A stretch of DNA of 64,000 nucleotides from an uncultured Gemmatimonadales bacterium (GCA_963809895.1 CAWELD010000003.1:2560001-2624000), one strand, 5' to 3'; positions 11,042 through 22,686 are shown, counted from the first letter of the stretch. Notes: generated by a model from the sequence alone, not told the origin. Made by a program: numbers and translations.

Positions 11042-11728
11042 TCAGTCCGGCTCGCCCCCGATGCTGATCTTGTAGGGGAACCAGGCGGCGATGGGTTTGC
11101 CGCCCTGCACGGCGGGCTTGAACACCCACTCGGCAGCGTCGCGAATGAGGCGCTTGTTGAGGTCCCGGTCCTTCGTGGGAGGCTCGAGGCGCGTGGAGTC
11201 GGGCACCACCCGGCCGGTGGCGTCCACGAACACCCACACCTGCACGTCGTGGCCCCTCAAGGCCTCGGCGAAGTCCGGGGCGATCATGCCACGCGGCTGG
11301 GGAGGAACCATGCGGTAGAGCCCCTGATCCGACGTCCCCCCGTCACCCTGGCCCGTGCCGTTCTCCAGGCCCGGCCCGTCGAACCCCTCGCCGAATCCCT
11401 TGAGTCCGGTGTCCTCCAGGCGCACGTCCTCGTCGAACTCGATGGGCTCGATGTTGTCGATGGTGGGCAGGGGAACCGGGGGCGGCACGATGGGGAGCGA
11501 GGGCCGCGTGGCTACGTTGATGGCCTGCATGGATCCGGCGGCGGCCCGGTCGTCGCCCGAGCGGGGGCCCGCGGCGGCGAAGGGCGACAGGAGAGGGCCC
11601 CGGGTGCGCCATAGAAGCAGCACCGCGAGGTGGATCGCCAGCGCCACCAGGAACGCACTACGCCACACCTTCCGCTCGCGGCGGCGGCGTTCTTCGTTGC
11701 TCAGCGGTTCCTGAATCTGCGTATCCAT
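11042..11728 (-). CDS. TonB-like energy transducer
   Basis: N-terminal TM with His (ALAIHLAVL), Pro-rich segment, TonB_C-like end (VFVDATGRV...WVFKPAVQGGKPI). Confidence 0.7.
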   Translation of the reverse strand: MDTQIQEPLSNEERRRRERKVWRSAFLVALAIHLAVLLLWRTRGPLLSPFAAAGPRSGDDRAAAGSMQAINVATRPSLPIVPPPVPLPTIDNIEPIEFDEDVRLEDTGLKGFGEGFDGPGLENGTGQGDGGTSDQGLYRMVPPQPRGMIAPDFAEALRGHDVQVWVFVDATGRVVPDSTRLEPPTKDRDLNKRLIRDAAEWVFKPAVQGGKPIAAWFPYKISIGGEPD

Positions 11729-11800
11729 GGTTGCGCCTAGTAGTACTGGCGGGAGCGGCCGATTGTTTCTGCCCCACGGGGGTGAGAGTTTAGGTGCGCC

Positions 11801-12724
11801 ATGTCCGGATCCACCGAGCACCTCGCCCCTCCCGAGCCCTCAGAGCCGCCGGCCCCGCGTCCGTCCGGGCCCCTGCGCCCGTATTACGAGCTCACCAAGC
11901 CCGGCATCGCAGGGTTCGTGACGATCACGGCGGGAACGAGCTTCTACGTTGCCGCGGGGGGGCGCCCCGAGCTGGTTCCGGTCCTGCAGACCATGCTCGG
12001 CACGGCCCTCGCGACCGGGGGCGCGCTGGCGCTGAACCAGTACGTGGAGCGCGACCTGGACGCGCGCATGAAGCGGACCCGGCGGCGTCCGATCCCGTCG
12101 GGCCGCGTGTTGCCGGGGCGTGCGCTGACCTTCGGCAACACCCTCCTGGTGCTGGGCGTGGGATGGCTGCTCGCGACGCTGGGATGGCTGCCCGCCCTCA
12201 TCACGGCGCTGTCCGCTGCGGCCTACATCCTCCTCTACACCCCCCTGAAGCGACGCTCCTACCTCGCGACGCTGGTGGGCGCCGTGCCCGGAGCGCTTCC
12301 GGCCCTGATCGGGTGGAGTGCCGCCACCGGAGGGCTCTCGCTGGGGGGATGGGTGCTGTTCGGGATCTTCTTCCTGTGGCAGCTCCCCCACGTGCTGGCC
12401 CTGGCCTGGCTCCTCAAGGACGACTACCGGCGCGTGGGGTTCTTCCTGTCCCCGCCCACCGACCCCGACGGACGCCGCATCGGGCGCCACATGGTGTACC
12501 ACTCCATCTCGCTCCTCTTCCTGAGCCTGGCCCCCACCCTCCTGGGCATGGCCGGCTGGATCTACGGCGGGGGCGCCGTGGTGCTGGGTGTGGGCATGCT
12601 GGGCGCCTGCCTGTACGCCGCCAACGACATGTCCCTGCCCCGGGCCCGCCACGTCTTCCTGGCCTCCATCCTCTACCAGCCCGTCCTCCTGGGCTTCCTC
12701 CTTCTCGACACCGTACGCGTCTGA
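11801..12724 (+). CDS. ctaB: Protoheme IX farnesyltransferase (heme o synthase)
   Basis: ELTKPGI, NQYVERDLDARMKRTRRRPIPSG, YTPLKR, WQLPH motifs. Confidence 0.95.
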   Translation: MSGSTEHLAPPEPSEPPAPRPSGPLRPYYELTKPGIAGFVTITAGTSFYVAAGGRPELVPVLQTMLGTALATGGALALNQYVERDLDARMKRTRRRPIPSGRVLPGRALTFGNTLLVLGVGWLLATLGWLPALITALSAAAYILLYTPLKRRSYLATLVGAVPGALPALIGWSAATGGLSLGGWVLFGIFFLWQLPHVLALAWLLKDDYRRVGFFLSPPTDPDGRRIGRHMVYHSISLLFLSLAPTLLGMAGWIYGGGAVVLGVGMLGACLYAANDMSLPRARHVFLASILYQPVLLGFLLLDTVRV

Positions 12725-12740
12725 CAGCAGGGAGTCTCCC

Positions 12741-13937
12741 ATGTCCCAAGCCGCTGCCCTCGTGCTCGTCCTCGCACTCGCCCTGCCCGGCCTCGCCGCC
12801 GCACAAGCCGCGCCGCGGGGCGCGCGCCCGCGGGCGCGCGATCTGGGGATCGAGGTGGGGATCTTCCAGCCCGGACGCTGGAACGCCATCACCGACGTGG
12901 AGGGTGTGGAGGTGGGCCAGACGACGGTGCGCGAGGGCGACCGCGTGCGCACCGGAGTGACGGCGATCCTGCCCCATGCGGGCAACGTCTACCAGAGCCG
13001 GGTCCCGGCGGCCATCCACGTGGGCAACGGCTTCGGCAAGCTCCTCGGGGTGACCCAGGTGCGCGAGCTGGGCGAGATCGAATCCCCCGTCCTGCTCACC
13101 TGCACGCTGTGCGTGTGGAAGGCCGCCGACGCGCTGGTGGGCTGGATGCTGGAGCGGCCGGGGATGGAGAACGTGCGCTCGCTCAACGTGGTCGTGGGTG
13201 AAACCAACGACGGTGGGCTGAACGACATCCGGTCCCGCCCCATCACCCCGGAGCACGTGCGCCACGCCGTGGAGTCCGCCACCACCGGACCCGTGGAGGA
13301 GGGGTCGGTGGGTGCGGGTACCGGCACGCGGGCCTTCGGCTGGAAGGGGGGCATCGGCACCAGCAGTCGAGTGCTGCCCGAGAGCCTCGGCGGATGGACG
13401 GTCGGGGTGCTCGTACAGACCAACTTCGGAGGGATCCTCTCCATGGCCGGCGCTCCCGTGGGCCGCGAGCTGGGTCGCTACTCCTTCCAGGGCGCCGTCG
13501 AGGGCGCGGGCGGGGCGCCCGACGACGACGGCGACGTGCTCAGGAGCGCCGAGGACACCGGACAGGGCTCCATCATGATGGTGGTGGCCACCGATGCGCC
13601 CCTCTCGGACCGCAACCTGGAGCGCGTGGCCCGCCGCGCCATCATGGGGCTGGCCCGCACCGGGTCCTTCGCCGGCAACGGCTCGGGGGACTACGTGATC
13701 GCCTTCTCCACCGCCGAGGGCGTGCGGCGTGCACCCGGCCAGGCGGCCCCGGCGGCCAGCGAGGTGGGCAACGACGACATGTCGGGCATCTTCGAGGCCA
13801 CGGTAGAAGCCACCGAAGAGGCCATCTACAACTCGCTGCTCAAGGCGACCACGGTGACGGGCATGGGCCACACGGCCGACGCGCTCCCCATCGCCGAGAC
13901 GGTGGAGGTGCTGCGGCGCTACGGGGTGATCCGCTAG
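12741..13937 (+). CDS. Exported DmpA/P1 (S58) aminopeptidase
   Basis: Signal peptide, NAITDVEGVEVG, GGIGTSSR, GSIMMVVATDAPL autoprocessing site, GSGD. Confidence 0.9.
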   Translation: MSQAAALVLVLALALPGLAAAQAAPRGARPRARDLGIEVGIFQPGRWNAITDVEGVEVGQTTVREGDRVRTGVTAILPHAGNVYQSRVPAAIHVGNGFGKLLGVTQVRELGEIESPVLLTCTLCVWKAADALVGWMLERPGMENVRSLNVVVGETNDGGLNDIRSRPITPEHVRHAVESATTGPVEEGSVGAGTGTRAFGWKGGIGTSSRVLPESLGGWTVGVLVQTNFGGILSMAGAPVGRELGRYSFQGAVEGAGGAPDDDGDVLRSAEDTGQGSIMMVVATDAPLSDRNLERVARRAIMGLARTGSFAGNGSGDYVIAFSTAEGVRRAPGQAAPAASEVGNDDMSGIFEATVEATEEAIYNSLLKATTVTGMGHTADALPIAETVEVLRRYGVIR

Positions 13938-13944
13938 CAGACCT

Positions 13945-15834
13945 TCAGCCGGCGGGTGGCTCGGGTAGCGGCTCCGTGGGTTCCGTGAGCCCCACGCGCT
14001 CGGCCAGCAACAGGGCGTTGCGGGTGGTGGCCAGGCCCGGGCGCAGCCGGTAGTCGAAGTCCAGCCCCCGCTCGCCCCCGGCACGCTCCGCCACCGATTC
14101 GCGGAAGTGCACCAGCACGGCGGACGCCTCCACCTCGGGATCCCGGTGCAGTTCGAGGTCGTGGGTCGTGACCGCTCCCACGGCGCGGCGCCGCAGAAGG
14201 TGCCGGATCAGGCGGCGACCCGCGATCCGGCGCTCCTCGGAGTTGGTGCCGTGAAGCACCTCGTCGACGAGGTAGAGAAGGGGTGCCTCGTCCGTGGCGT
14301 CTCGCGGTGGGGCGGCGTCCAACAGTCCACGAAGCCGTTCCAGTTCCGCCATGAAGAGCGAGACGCCCTCTTCGAGGGAGTCACGCACCTGCATGGAGGT
14401 GAAGATCCGGAGCGGCGGCAGCAGCAGCGACTCGGCGCAGACCGGGCCCCCGGCGCGCCCCAGGACCACCGCCGCTCCCATGGAGCGCAGCAGGGTGCTC
14501 TTTCCGGACATGTTGGAGCCCGTCACCAGGAGCACCGTCCCGGGCGGCCCCACCTCCACGTCGTTGCGCACGCAGCGCTCGTCGGTGAGGAGAGGATGGC
14601 CCAGCGCCACGGCGCGCAGAACCGGGGGCTCGGTGTCGACGCAGGTGGGCCACGCCCAGCCAGGGTGGTCCGCGGCCAGGGTCGCCAGCGCCGACAGCGC
14701 CTCCAACTCCCCCAGGGCGTCGAGCCACGCCGGCACATGGGCCCCCTCGGCGGCCCGCCATGCTTCCAGCCGCGCGGCCACGTGCACATCCCACAGCAGC
14801 ACCGTGGCCACCACCCCGTGCAGCATGCTGGAGAAGCGGGCATCGGCGGCGTCCAGGAGTCCCTCCAGGCGCCGCAGTCGGCTCGACGCGGGTGCGTCAC
14901 CCCCGCCGTGAAGGGCCGCGACCAGGGCGGCCAGACGCGGCGCGTCCGCCTCCAGGCCCTCCCAGTGAACCAGGATGCGATGGTAGCGACGTAGGCCCGG
15001 CACGCCCGACGAGGCGCGTCCGAAGAAGGCGTGGATTCGGGGAGCCGCCCGCCACGCCACAACCGCCTGCGCCACCAGCATGGCCACCCAGTATCCCGGC
15101 GGGGCGAGGCCGGCCAGGTTCAGCGCCACGGCGACCGCGGTCGCCAGCGGCATGGCCCAACGCAGGAGCGCCAAGCGGGTGCCCCCCACCACCCGGGGCT
15201 CCTCCAGCCAGTCCAGGAACCCGTCCAGCACCCCCGGCGCCACCGGATCGAGCAGGGCGCCTTCCACGGCTACCGACTCCCGCAGGTTGGCCTCTCCGAC
15301 CAGCTCGCGCGCGGCCTCCTGGCGCGCCTCGACCCCGTCCGCGGGGCCGGGAGCCAGGAGCCACCCGTCCAGCGTCCGATGACCCATGGGGGTGAAGACC
15401 GGCCCCAACAGACTCCTGAGCGACGCGGCCCCGAAGACGTCCAGATCTCGGGCGTAGGGGTGGTCCTCGCCCGCCGCCGCCGGCTCGACCACCGGGGTGG
15501 GCAGGTCGCGCCAGCGGCGCTCGACCCGGGCCGCACCGTGGAGCGCCAGGTCGCGACCGGTGATCGCCCGCGTCAGCGTGTCGCGCAGGTGCCGGTGGCG
15601 GATCACCAGAACGGCGAAAAGGGCCAGGATGGCCAGGCCCGCCCCCCGCCACGCCCCGGCGGGTCCGGGCAGCTCCGCGGCCAGCAGGAGCGGCAGGACA
15701 CCCCCCAGGAAGGAGGCCAGGCGCAGGACCGACAGGCGCCGGGCCCGCAGCTCCAACGCATGGGCCTCGGCGCCATGGGCCGCGGCGACCGCCCGATAGC
15801 GTTCGGCGGGGTCCGGATCCCCTCGCACGGCCAT
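13945..15834 (-). CDS. Membrane-anchored MutS-domain-V ATPase
   Basis: N-terminal TM helices, TGSNMSGKST, SLFMAEL, DEVLHGTNS, TTHDL; lacks the mismatch-recognition domain. Confidence 0.87.
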   Translation of the reverse strand: MAVRGDPDPAERYRAVAAAHGAEAHALELRARRLSVLRLASFLGGVLPLLLAAELPGPAGAWRGAGLAILALFAVLVIRHRHLRDTLTRAITGRDLALHGAARVERRWRDLPTPVVEPAAAGEDHPYARDLDVFGAASLRSLLGPVFTPMGHRTLDGWLLAPGPADGVEARQEAARELVGEANLRESVAVEGALLDPVAPGVLDGFLDWLEEPRVVGGTRLALLRWAMPLATAVAVALNLAGLAPPGYWVAMLVAQAVVAWRAAPRIHAFFGRASSGVPGLRRYHRILVHWEGLEADAPRLAALVAALHGGGDAPASSRLRRLEGLLDAADARFSSMLHGVVATVLLWDVHVAARLEAWRAAEGAHVPAWLDALGELEALSALATLAADHPGWAWPTCVDTEPPVLRAVALGHPLLTDERCVRNDVEVGPPGTVLLVTGSNMSGKSTLLRSMGAAVVLGRAGGPVCAESLLLPPLRIFTSMQVRDSLEEGVSLFMAELERLRGLLDAAPPRDATDEAPLLYLVDEVLHGTNSEERRIAGRRLIRHLLRRRAVGAVTTHDLELHRDPEVEASAVLVHFRESVAERAGGERGLDFDYRLRPGLATTRNALLLAERVGLTEPTEPLPEPPAG

Positions 15835-17423
15835 CAGTCCAGCGTCACGGCCCGGGCGGAGTGAACCTCCGGGACCTCCTGCAGGCTCCGGGTCACCTCG
15901 GGCGCCACGGGGCCGTCCACCACCACCACCGCCAGCGCCTCGCCGCCCTCGTCGCGACGCGCCTGATGGTATTCCGCGATGTTCAGCCCCAGGTCACCCA
16001 GGAGCGTGCCGACTCGGCCGATGACGCCGGGCACGTCACGATTGTGGAGCACGAGAATCGTCCCCGCCGGTGCCACGTTCACGTCGAATCCGTCGAGCTT
16101 CACCAGCCGGGGGTGCTGCCCGCCGAGGAGCGCGCCGGCCAGGCCCACCGCTCCGTGCTCGGCCGTCAGCGTCACCTCCACCACCTCGCCGTAGGCGCTC
16201 CCGTTGGGCTTGCGGTGGGTGGACACCGTGACCCCGCGAGCCTTCGCCAGCACCTGGGCATTGACGAGGTTGACGTTGGCCCGGCCCACCGCGGGCTCCA
16301 GCAGCCCCATGAGCACGTAGCGGGTCAGCATGCGGCTGGCGTCGTCACTCCCGGCATGGGCCACGCCCACGCCCTGGATGCCGCCGGGCGCCAGCGCCGC
16401 CCCCAACCGACCCAGGCGCCGGCCCAGGTCGAGAAGCGAGGCCAGGCGCTTCATCTCCTCGCCTCCCACCGACGGCGCGTTGAGCGCGCTGGAGAGATCT
16501 CCCTGGGCCAGGGCAGCGCGAACACCTCGGGCGATCTCGCTCGCGACCCGTTCCTGGGCCTCGGCGGTGGACGCGCCCAGGTGCGGAGTCAGCACGAGGT
16601 GGGGCGCGTCGCGCAGGGGGCTGTCCTCTGCCAGCGGCTCCTCGTCGTACACGTCCAGCGCGGCGCCCGCCAGGTGTCCGGAGTGGAGCGCCCGGGCCAG
16701 CGCCGCCTCGTCCACGACACCCCCGCGCGAGGCGTTGACCAGGTAGCCGCCGGCGCGAAGCGAAGCCAGGCGCCGCGCATCCACCAGCCCCCGGGTGTCG
16801 TCGGTCAGGGGGACGTGCAGGCTGACCACGTCGGCCCGGGCGAAGACCTCGTCCAGTCCCACCGGCTCGGCGTCCATCCCCCGTACCCGGTCCTCCGGCA
16901 GATAGGGATCGTGGACCAGCACCTGCATCTCGAAGGCCCGCGCGCGCCGGGCCACCTCCCGGCCGATGCGCCCGGCTCCGACCAGGCCCAGCGTCTTGTC
17001 ACGCAGCTCGGTCCCCTTGAAGCGGCTGCGGGCCCATTCGCCGGCCCGGATGGACCGGTCGGCCTCGGCCACACGGCGCACCGCGGCCAGCAGGAGCGCC
17101 AGCGTGAGCTCCGCCGCCGACACGGTATTCCCGGCCGGTGCGTTCAATACGGCCACGCCCCGCTCGGTGGCGGCGTCGACGTCGATGTTGTCCACGCCCA
17201 CGCCGGCCCGGCCCACCGCGCGCAGCGTCGGCGCCGCCTCCAAGACGGCCCGGTCCACGGTGGTGGCACTCCGGACGATCAGGGCATGCGCCGTGGCCAG
17301 GGCTTCAGCGAACGCCGGATCGCCCGAGTCGTCCTGACGGACCACCTCGAAGCGCTCGTCCTCCAACAGGGGAGCCAGTCCCCCTTCCGACACCTTGTCC
17401 GTCACCAGCACGCGCCAGGTCAC
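15834..17423 (-). CDS. serA: D-3-phosphoglycerate dehydrogenase
   Basis: GRAGVGVDNID, GAGRIG, TPHLGAST, C-terminal ASB+ACT (DVPGVIGRVG). Confidence 0.95.
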   Translation of the reverse strand: MTWRVLVTDKVSEGGLAPLLEDERFEVVRQDDSGDPAFAEALATAHALIVRSATTVDRAVLEAAPTLRAVGRAGVGVDNIDVDAATERGVAVLNAPAGNTVSAAELTLALLLAAVRRVAEADRSIRAGEWARSRFKGTELRDKTLGLVGAGRIGREVARRARAFEMQVLVHDPYLPEDRVRGMDAEPVGLDEVFARADVVSLHVPLTDDTRGLVDARRLASLRAGGYLVNASRGGVVDEAALARALHSGHLAGAALDVYDEEPLAEDSPLRDAPHLVLTPHLGASTAEAQERVASEIARGVRAALAQGDLSSALNAPSVGGEEMKRLASLLDLGRRLGRLGAALAPGGIQGVGVAHAGSDDASRMLTRYVLMGLLEPAVGRANVNLVNAQVLAKARGVTVSTHRKPNGSAYGEVVEVTLTAEHGAVGLAGALLGGQHPRLVKLDGFDVNVAPAGTILVLHNRDVPGVIGRVGTLLGDLGLNIAEYHQARRDEGGEALAVVVVDGPVAPEVTRSLQEVPEVHSARAVTLD

Positions 17424-18517
17424 GACGACAGCACCTCGCTCAGAACCGCCAACAGCCCGTCCAGCTCCTGGACGGTGTGATCACCCATGTGCCCGATGCG
17501 CACCGTGTCCTCCTTCAGCTTGCCGTAGCCACCGCCGATCACCCAGCCCCGCTCCCGAACGGCGGCCACCACGTCGGGGCCCCTCCGGCCCGCGGCGAGG
17601 CGCAGGCAGGTCACCGTGGGCGAGCGCCGGCCCGCCGGTGCGAGGATTTCGATGTCGGCGCGGCCCGACGCGCGCATCTCTTCCACCCAGCTCTCGCAGC
17701 GCTCGGCCATGGCCGCGTGCCGCGCCCAGCGGCCTTCCATGGTCTCGTCGGCGATACGCCGCAGTTGGGTCTCCAACGCGTACAGGAGCGTGAGCGCCGG
17801 CGTGGTGGGCGTCTGGTTGCGCGCCAGCTCCGCCATGAACTTGACCAGGTCGAAGTAGAGTCCCCGGTCGGGAAGCGTGGCGGCCCGGTCCACCATGGCC
17901 TCCGAGGCCACAGCGAAGGCGAGTCCCGGAGGCAGCGCGAGGGCCTTCTGGGATCCTGTCAGCACGAAATCCAGGCGCCAATCGTCGGCGAGCATCGGCG
18001 CCCCTCCCACCCCCGTGACCGAGTCCACCAGCAGAAGCGTGTCGGGCCGTTCGGCCACGACCGCCGCCAGCTCCGCCAGCGGATTCAGCACGCCGGTCGA
18101 GGTCTCGGAGTGGACCACCGTCACCGCGTCCACGTCGGCCGAAGCCAGGCGTTCCGCCAGCGCCGCCGGGTCGTGCGCCTCGCCCCAGGGCACCTCCAGG
18201 CGCTCGACTTCGCGGCCGCAGGCCTCGGCGATGTCGGCGAAGCGTGCGCTGAACGCGCCGTTCACCAGGCTGAGCACCCTGCGCCTCACCCCGTTGCGTA
18301 CCGCGGCCTCCATGAGTCCGGTGGCCGACGAGGTGGACAGGAGAACCGGACGAGCCGTCCGGAACACGTCACGCATCCCCACCTGCAGGCCAGCAACCAG
18401 CTCCTGCACCTCCCGTCCCCGATGCCCCATGAGCGGACGTACCTGGGCCTCGAGCACCTCGGCACACACCTCGGTGGGTCCGGGCAGGAAGAACCTGCCC
18501 GGTTCCAGATCACTCAT
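17420..18517 (-). CDS. Class V PLP aminotransferase (alanine/serine-glyoxylate type)
   Basis: LPGPT, VHSETSTG, TGSQKAL (PLP Lys), RIGHMG. Confidence 0.92.
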   Translation of the reverse strand: MSDLEPGRFFLPGPTEVCAEVLEAQVRPLMGHRGREVQELVAGLQVGMRDVFRTARPVLLSTSSATGLMEAAVRNGVRRRVLSLVNGAFSARFADIAEACGREVERLEVPWGEAHDPAALAERLASADVDAVTVVHSETSTGVLNPLAELAAVVAERPDTLLLVDSVTGVGGAPMLADDWRLDFVLTGSQKALALPPGLAFAVASEAMVDRAATLPDRGLYFDLVKFMAELARNQTPTTPALTLLYALETQLRRIADETMEGRWARHAAMAERCESWVEEMRASGRADIEILAPAGRRSPTVTCLRLAAGRRGPDVVAAVRERGWVIGGGYGKLKEDTVRIGHMGDHTVQELDGLLAVLSEVLSS

Positions 18518-19029
18518 CGCCACGCCTCCTGCCAACGCACGTAGTGCACGGGCACCACCCCCGCCCGCTCCAGGATCTCCACGCCCGCCCGACTCCGGTA
18601 GGCTTCGCGGTAGAAGACGTGCGAGACGTTGGCCTGAACCATGAGCTTGGCACACATGGCGCACGGGCTTGCGGTCACGAACGCCACCTTGTCGCGCAGA
18701 CGTCCCGGGGCCTTCACCAGCGCGTTCTGCTCGGAGTGGATGCAGCCGCAGCGGCCCGGCTCCGGTGAGTCACAGCGGTTCGGAAACCCGCGGGCGTTCC
18801 CGTTGTAGCCGATGGCCACCACGTTCTCGAGGTGGGCGTCGGTGAGCACCGTCCCCACCTGCAGGCGAGCGCACGTGCTCCGCTTGGCCAGCTCCTCGGC
18901 CATGCGCATGTACACCTCGAAGAGAGGTGGTCGGGTCACCTGCACCGCAGGGTCGGCGCCCTCGGGCACCTCGAGCAGGTTCAGGGGATGCGTGTTTTCG
19001 GGAACGAGGTCGCGGTGGACGAGCGGCAC
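18514..19029 (-). CDS. dCMP deaminase (ComEB-like) family protein
   Basis: RSTCAR, GYNG, HSEQNA, SPCAMCAK zinc deaminase motifs. Confidence 0.9.
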   Translation of the reverse strand: MPLVHRDLVPENTHPLNLLEVPEGADPAVQVTRPPLFEVYMRMAEELAKRSTCARLQVGTVLTDAHLENVVAIGYNGNARGFPNRCDSPEPGRCGCIHSEQNALVKAPGRLRDKVAFVTASPCAMCAKLMVQANVSHVFYREAYRSRAGVEILERAGVVPVHYVRWQEAWR

Positions 19030-19248
19030 GGGAACGGCATGATGGGAGTCGGCAAAGCCGGGACCCGCCTAAGGTGGAGCACCGGAGGCGTGGCGTCCAC
19101 ACCGCGACCCGACCCGCGCCGAGGTCGGGCGCAGATCCGCGACCGATGCATTATCTTCGTGCAGAGCGTACGCGCCCCGTTTCAACGAGAGACATGGCAC
19201 GCCTGTGCATGATCCCCCTCGATTCCCCGTGGCCGACCGGTCGTGACC

Positions 19249-19947
19249 ATGGCTGACGACTCGACGATCCGTGCCGGCGAGTCCGCACCGTCGGCGGCCG
19301 AGGCGCTCGCGCGCGCCGGATGGCCCCTGGTGGCGGACCGGCTCCTGGCCGGGATCGTGCACGACCTCAACGGTAGGGTCACCTCGCTGGGTGGCATGAT
19401 CCAGCTCCTCACGCTGGGCGACGAGGTGGGGGGCGTGGTGCCCTTCCTGGAAGAGGAGATCTCCCGTCTCGAAGCCTCCGTGAAGCTGGTGTCGCTGCTG
19501 GTCGGCGACCCCGACCCCGAGCCGGAGCCCCTCGACGTAGCCGAGCTTCTGCCGGCGTTCCTGGAGCTGCACCGGCGCCACCGCGGCATGGAAATGTTGG
19601 ACGTGCGCCTCGAGCTGGTCACCTCGCCCCGCGTGGTGGCCGTGTGGAGCCTGCTGGGCCGGGTCCTGCTCATGGCACTGGCCGCGGGGGGCGCACAAGC
19701 TCTCGCGCGGGGACGGCGCCTCGGCATCCGGGCCGACAGCCACCCCGACGGCGGCCTGCTCCTTGACCTGCTGGCGCCTGGCGAGGTGGAGGGCGCCGCC
19801 GCGGCCGCCGCGCCCTACGCGGCGCCGGACCTGGACCGCCTGAGGGAGGTGGCGGCCCTGCTTCCTGCCCACTTGGAGGTCCACGGGGAACCCAGCGCGT
19901 TCAGACTCCAGATCCACTTTCCACGCATGCACGCGCTCCGCGACTGA
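19249..19947 (+). CDS. Histidine-kinase-like protein with degenerate ATPase domain (possible phosphotransferase)
   Basis: H-box LAGIVHDLNGRVTSL; no recognisable N, G1, F or G2 boxes; no sensor domain. Confidence 0.6.
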   Translation: MADDSTIRAGESAPSAAEALARAGWPLVADRLLAGIVHDLNGRVTSLGGMIQLLTLGDEVGGVVPFLEEEISRLEASVKLVSLLVGDPDPEPEPLDVAELLPAFLELHRRHRGMEMLDVRLELVTSPRVVAVWSLLGRVLLMALAAGGAQALARGRRLGIRADSHPDGGLLLDLLAPGEVEGAAAAAAPYAAPDLDRLREVAALLPAHLEVHGEPSAFRLQIHFPRMHALRD

Positions 19948-20029
19948 CGGACCTTGCCCGCCGGCGACGAGCCCGGCAACGTACGGTCAGGAGCAACACT
20001 CAAGTCCCGCGCGCTACGGGGGTCCCTTC

Positions 20030-20681
20030 ATGGCCACGATCCTCTTCGTGGACGACGACGAAATGGAGCGGTACTTCGCTCGCGAGATCCTCGAGCCTCG
20101 CGGCCATCGCGTCCTCTATGCCGGCGACGGCGAGACGGCCCTGCGCGTCTTCGACCACGACGATGTCGACGTGGTGGTGACCGACCTCGCCATGCCCCGC
20201 CTCAACGGGCTGCGACTCATTCAGCAGCTCCGGGAGAAGGACCCGCACGTGAAGGTCATCGCCGCGTCCGGGATCAACGCCGACCAGTTGGACCTGGCGC
20301 AGGACTACGGGGCTCTGGCGATCCTCCAGAAGCCCTGGGATCCACGACAGTTCCTGGATACCCTGTCGAGCATCCTCGAGGCCAAGAGCGAGAAGGACGC
20401 CGAGTTCGAGGCCGTGTGGCCCACCATGTACTCGGAAGGCGAGTTCGACGAGCACGGCCGCCTCATCACCCCGGCCCGGCAGGCCGAGGAAGCCGAACGA
20501 GCACAGGCCGCCAGCGGGGACGACGCCGGCGGCGAGGACGCCGAGCGACCTCCTGAACCTGGACAGCGTGGAGCTGGAGGTGGAGGAGCCCGAGGTTCCC
20601 GGCCACACTCCCCGGCCGGGCCACAAGATCTTCGACAGCGACACCCTCGAGCTCGAAATCGAGCCCGACGACGAAGGCTGA
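20030..20681 (+). CDS. Receiver-domain response regulator with acidic C-terminal tail (frameshift near 20541)
   Basis: [24 protein letters not shown]; acidic reading continues in a shifted frame ([14 protein letters not shown]...EIEPDDEG*) to TGA 20679-20681. Confidence 0.8.
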
Positions 20682-20710
20682 CGGAGGGGGAAGCCCGAGC
20701 CCGGGTCTCC

Positions 20711-22553
<1,843 letters not shown>

Positions 22554-22657
22554 GATGTCCCTGTTACGTCAGCCATGTGCGCGCGGGTCCACGGAACGTC
22601 CGGAAGGGCCGCCGATATTTCCCGCAGTCAGTACAGCCTTTTAACGTAACCAGAGAC

Positions 22658-22684
22658 GGCCCCGAGATGTGAGGCCTCGGGGCC
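22658..22684 (-). terminator. Hairpin just after the DHS-like gene
   Basis: GGCCCCGAG-N9-CTCGGGGCC immediately past the stop; no clear U-tract. Confidence 0.45.
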
Positions 22685-22686
22685 TG

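Noticed and set aside
13945..19029. Anti-phage defence reading of the deaminase plus ATPase
   Set aside because: The deaminase is a single-domain housekeeping type inside a serA operon, with no defence-island context
19195..19209. TGGCACGCCTGTGCA as a sigma54 promoter
   Set aside because: GG-to-GC spacing is 9 nt rather than the required 10
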